From the NCBI GenBank assembly GCA_040954595.2, contig CM082587.2, positions 5,754,206-5,818,205 on the forward strand: a stretch of DNA of 64,000 bases, given 5' to 3'. Below the pieces are notes generated by a model that was not told the DNA's origin, ran no database searches, and saw only the letters and a list, made by a program, of their open reading frames with translations. Positions 62,702 through 64,000 of this stretch are shown one piece after another; within the stretch, counting starts at the first letter, position 1, and every line of letters starts with the position of its first letter. The translations under genes were made by a program, and so were the position numbers. The stretch comes from Balanoglossus misakiensis. Lineage: Eukaryota > Animalia > Hemichordata.

Positions 62702-64000
62702 GTGTCCACTGTTGCTTGATTTAAACGACGTGTCTGTTGAACTTACACTTGTCTCCCCCAGATGATTGCTGCTCATTGCGAGATCTCGCGAGACCTTGTT
62801 AATTACATATCAAGTTTTCCTACAAATCCAGCTTTGTAGAAAACTAGAAGAGTGCAGAGTTGAACATAAATTGTAACATTTGTATGTGCTGGGCCAAGTG
62901 TTGTTTGTCCTGTGTCACGAGAATGCCACCCTTAGACCCCATAGAAATTGCATAGTCACGCCAAATCTCGCAAGGTCTCGTGGAGTTCGTAAAATGGTCT
63001 ATTTACCATCCTTCGCGGAATTCGTACGAATACCGTAAACATAACAGACCAAGATGGCCTGAATATTCCAAGATATTCAATTCATGGGTCGACAATTCTA
63101 GATATCGCTTTCATTTATTAATATTCACTCTAAAACGGAAATGGCTGAATGAAACCCGAAATATATATCCTCTACGTACGAAGCAAATTGTTTAACCGCA
63201 CAGGAGGAGTAACTTCCTTTGCGTCATTTACTACTGAAGGTAGGTGGGAAGCACATTTACATTTTCTTTGATTGCATGGAATCACGTGTGTGTGTGTGTT
63301 TTTTGGTCAGCGATTGCCGGGGAAATTAAAGTAAGCTTTATTTACAACGCCGCTGCGGGCTGCAGTGACGTTCCCCTGTTTCCAAGGGAGACAATTTCCT
63401 AAGACGGCCTTCCTGGGCCGGCGAATGATGGATGGAAATAGTAAATTGGCGGGGATCTTCACAATTCACTGTCGGAAAAGTACTTCTTGAGCCATCGGAC
63501 GCAGATCTATCGCGCGCTCAGGCAATTAAACAAAATCGGTGACAACTCTCACCAACCGGCACACGGCTGATCCGTCATCTGTATTGTCTGAATGCGAACT
63601 CTTCAGAACAATTAAAAACGACATGTATGATGAAGAACATCTATGTTGAGGTTCTTTGCAGCTGTGGCACATGTCGATTCTTTTATCCGGACCTTTTTTT
63701 ACTTCTATTTTCCTCATTTGTCTGGCCAAACGCTGTATGCTCAACGCCATTACAAGCGTTTCAAGGGATCTTTATCGTACACTATGAGAGTAAGCTTGAT
63801 ATACGAGCCACATGTGACAGTGCTCCGTTAGAAGCAAACTGTCATTTTTCTTTCGCAAGACACGGCATATTTTTTTCTAGATAGGTCGAGTTCTCCTTCT
63901 ACATGTACTTCCGTGAACCATTCGAATTTGACATAGGCCTGCGCGCCCTGCGGTGTGTAATTTATCAAAAAGCTGTTAGTTGGGAGCCCCGCTGATGCAA

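Overview
Eukaryotic (metazoan) genomic DNA: spliceosomal GT-AG introns, microsatellites and many MITEs. The repeat style suggests a marine invertebrate deuterostome such as a hemichordate, but that is an impression only. Hand-built models give four genes. (1) An 18-exon minus-strand gene (1343-21544, about 1138 aa) encoding an apparently intracellular protein with armadillo-like repeats, three FN3 domains and a long disordered tail. (2, 3) A tandem segmental duplication (about 22159-26407 and 26619-31943) carrying two intact paralogs of a 217-aa secreted protein with two six-Cys domains, whose differences are overwhelmingly amino-acid-changing. (4) A probable two-exon plus-strand gene (TATA at 49365, non-coding exon 1, 11.7-kb intron, 100-aa orphan ORF 61226-61528) in a CpG-rich region with seven perfect CRE palindromes. 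Mobile elements include TA-, TAA-, TTAA- and 9-bp-TSD non-autonomous DNA elements, a foldback element and a solo LTR. No rRNA, tRNA, CRISPR array or intact transposase was seen. Most ORFs in the supplied track are spurious. All models and counts were made by eye.
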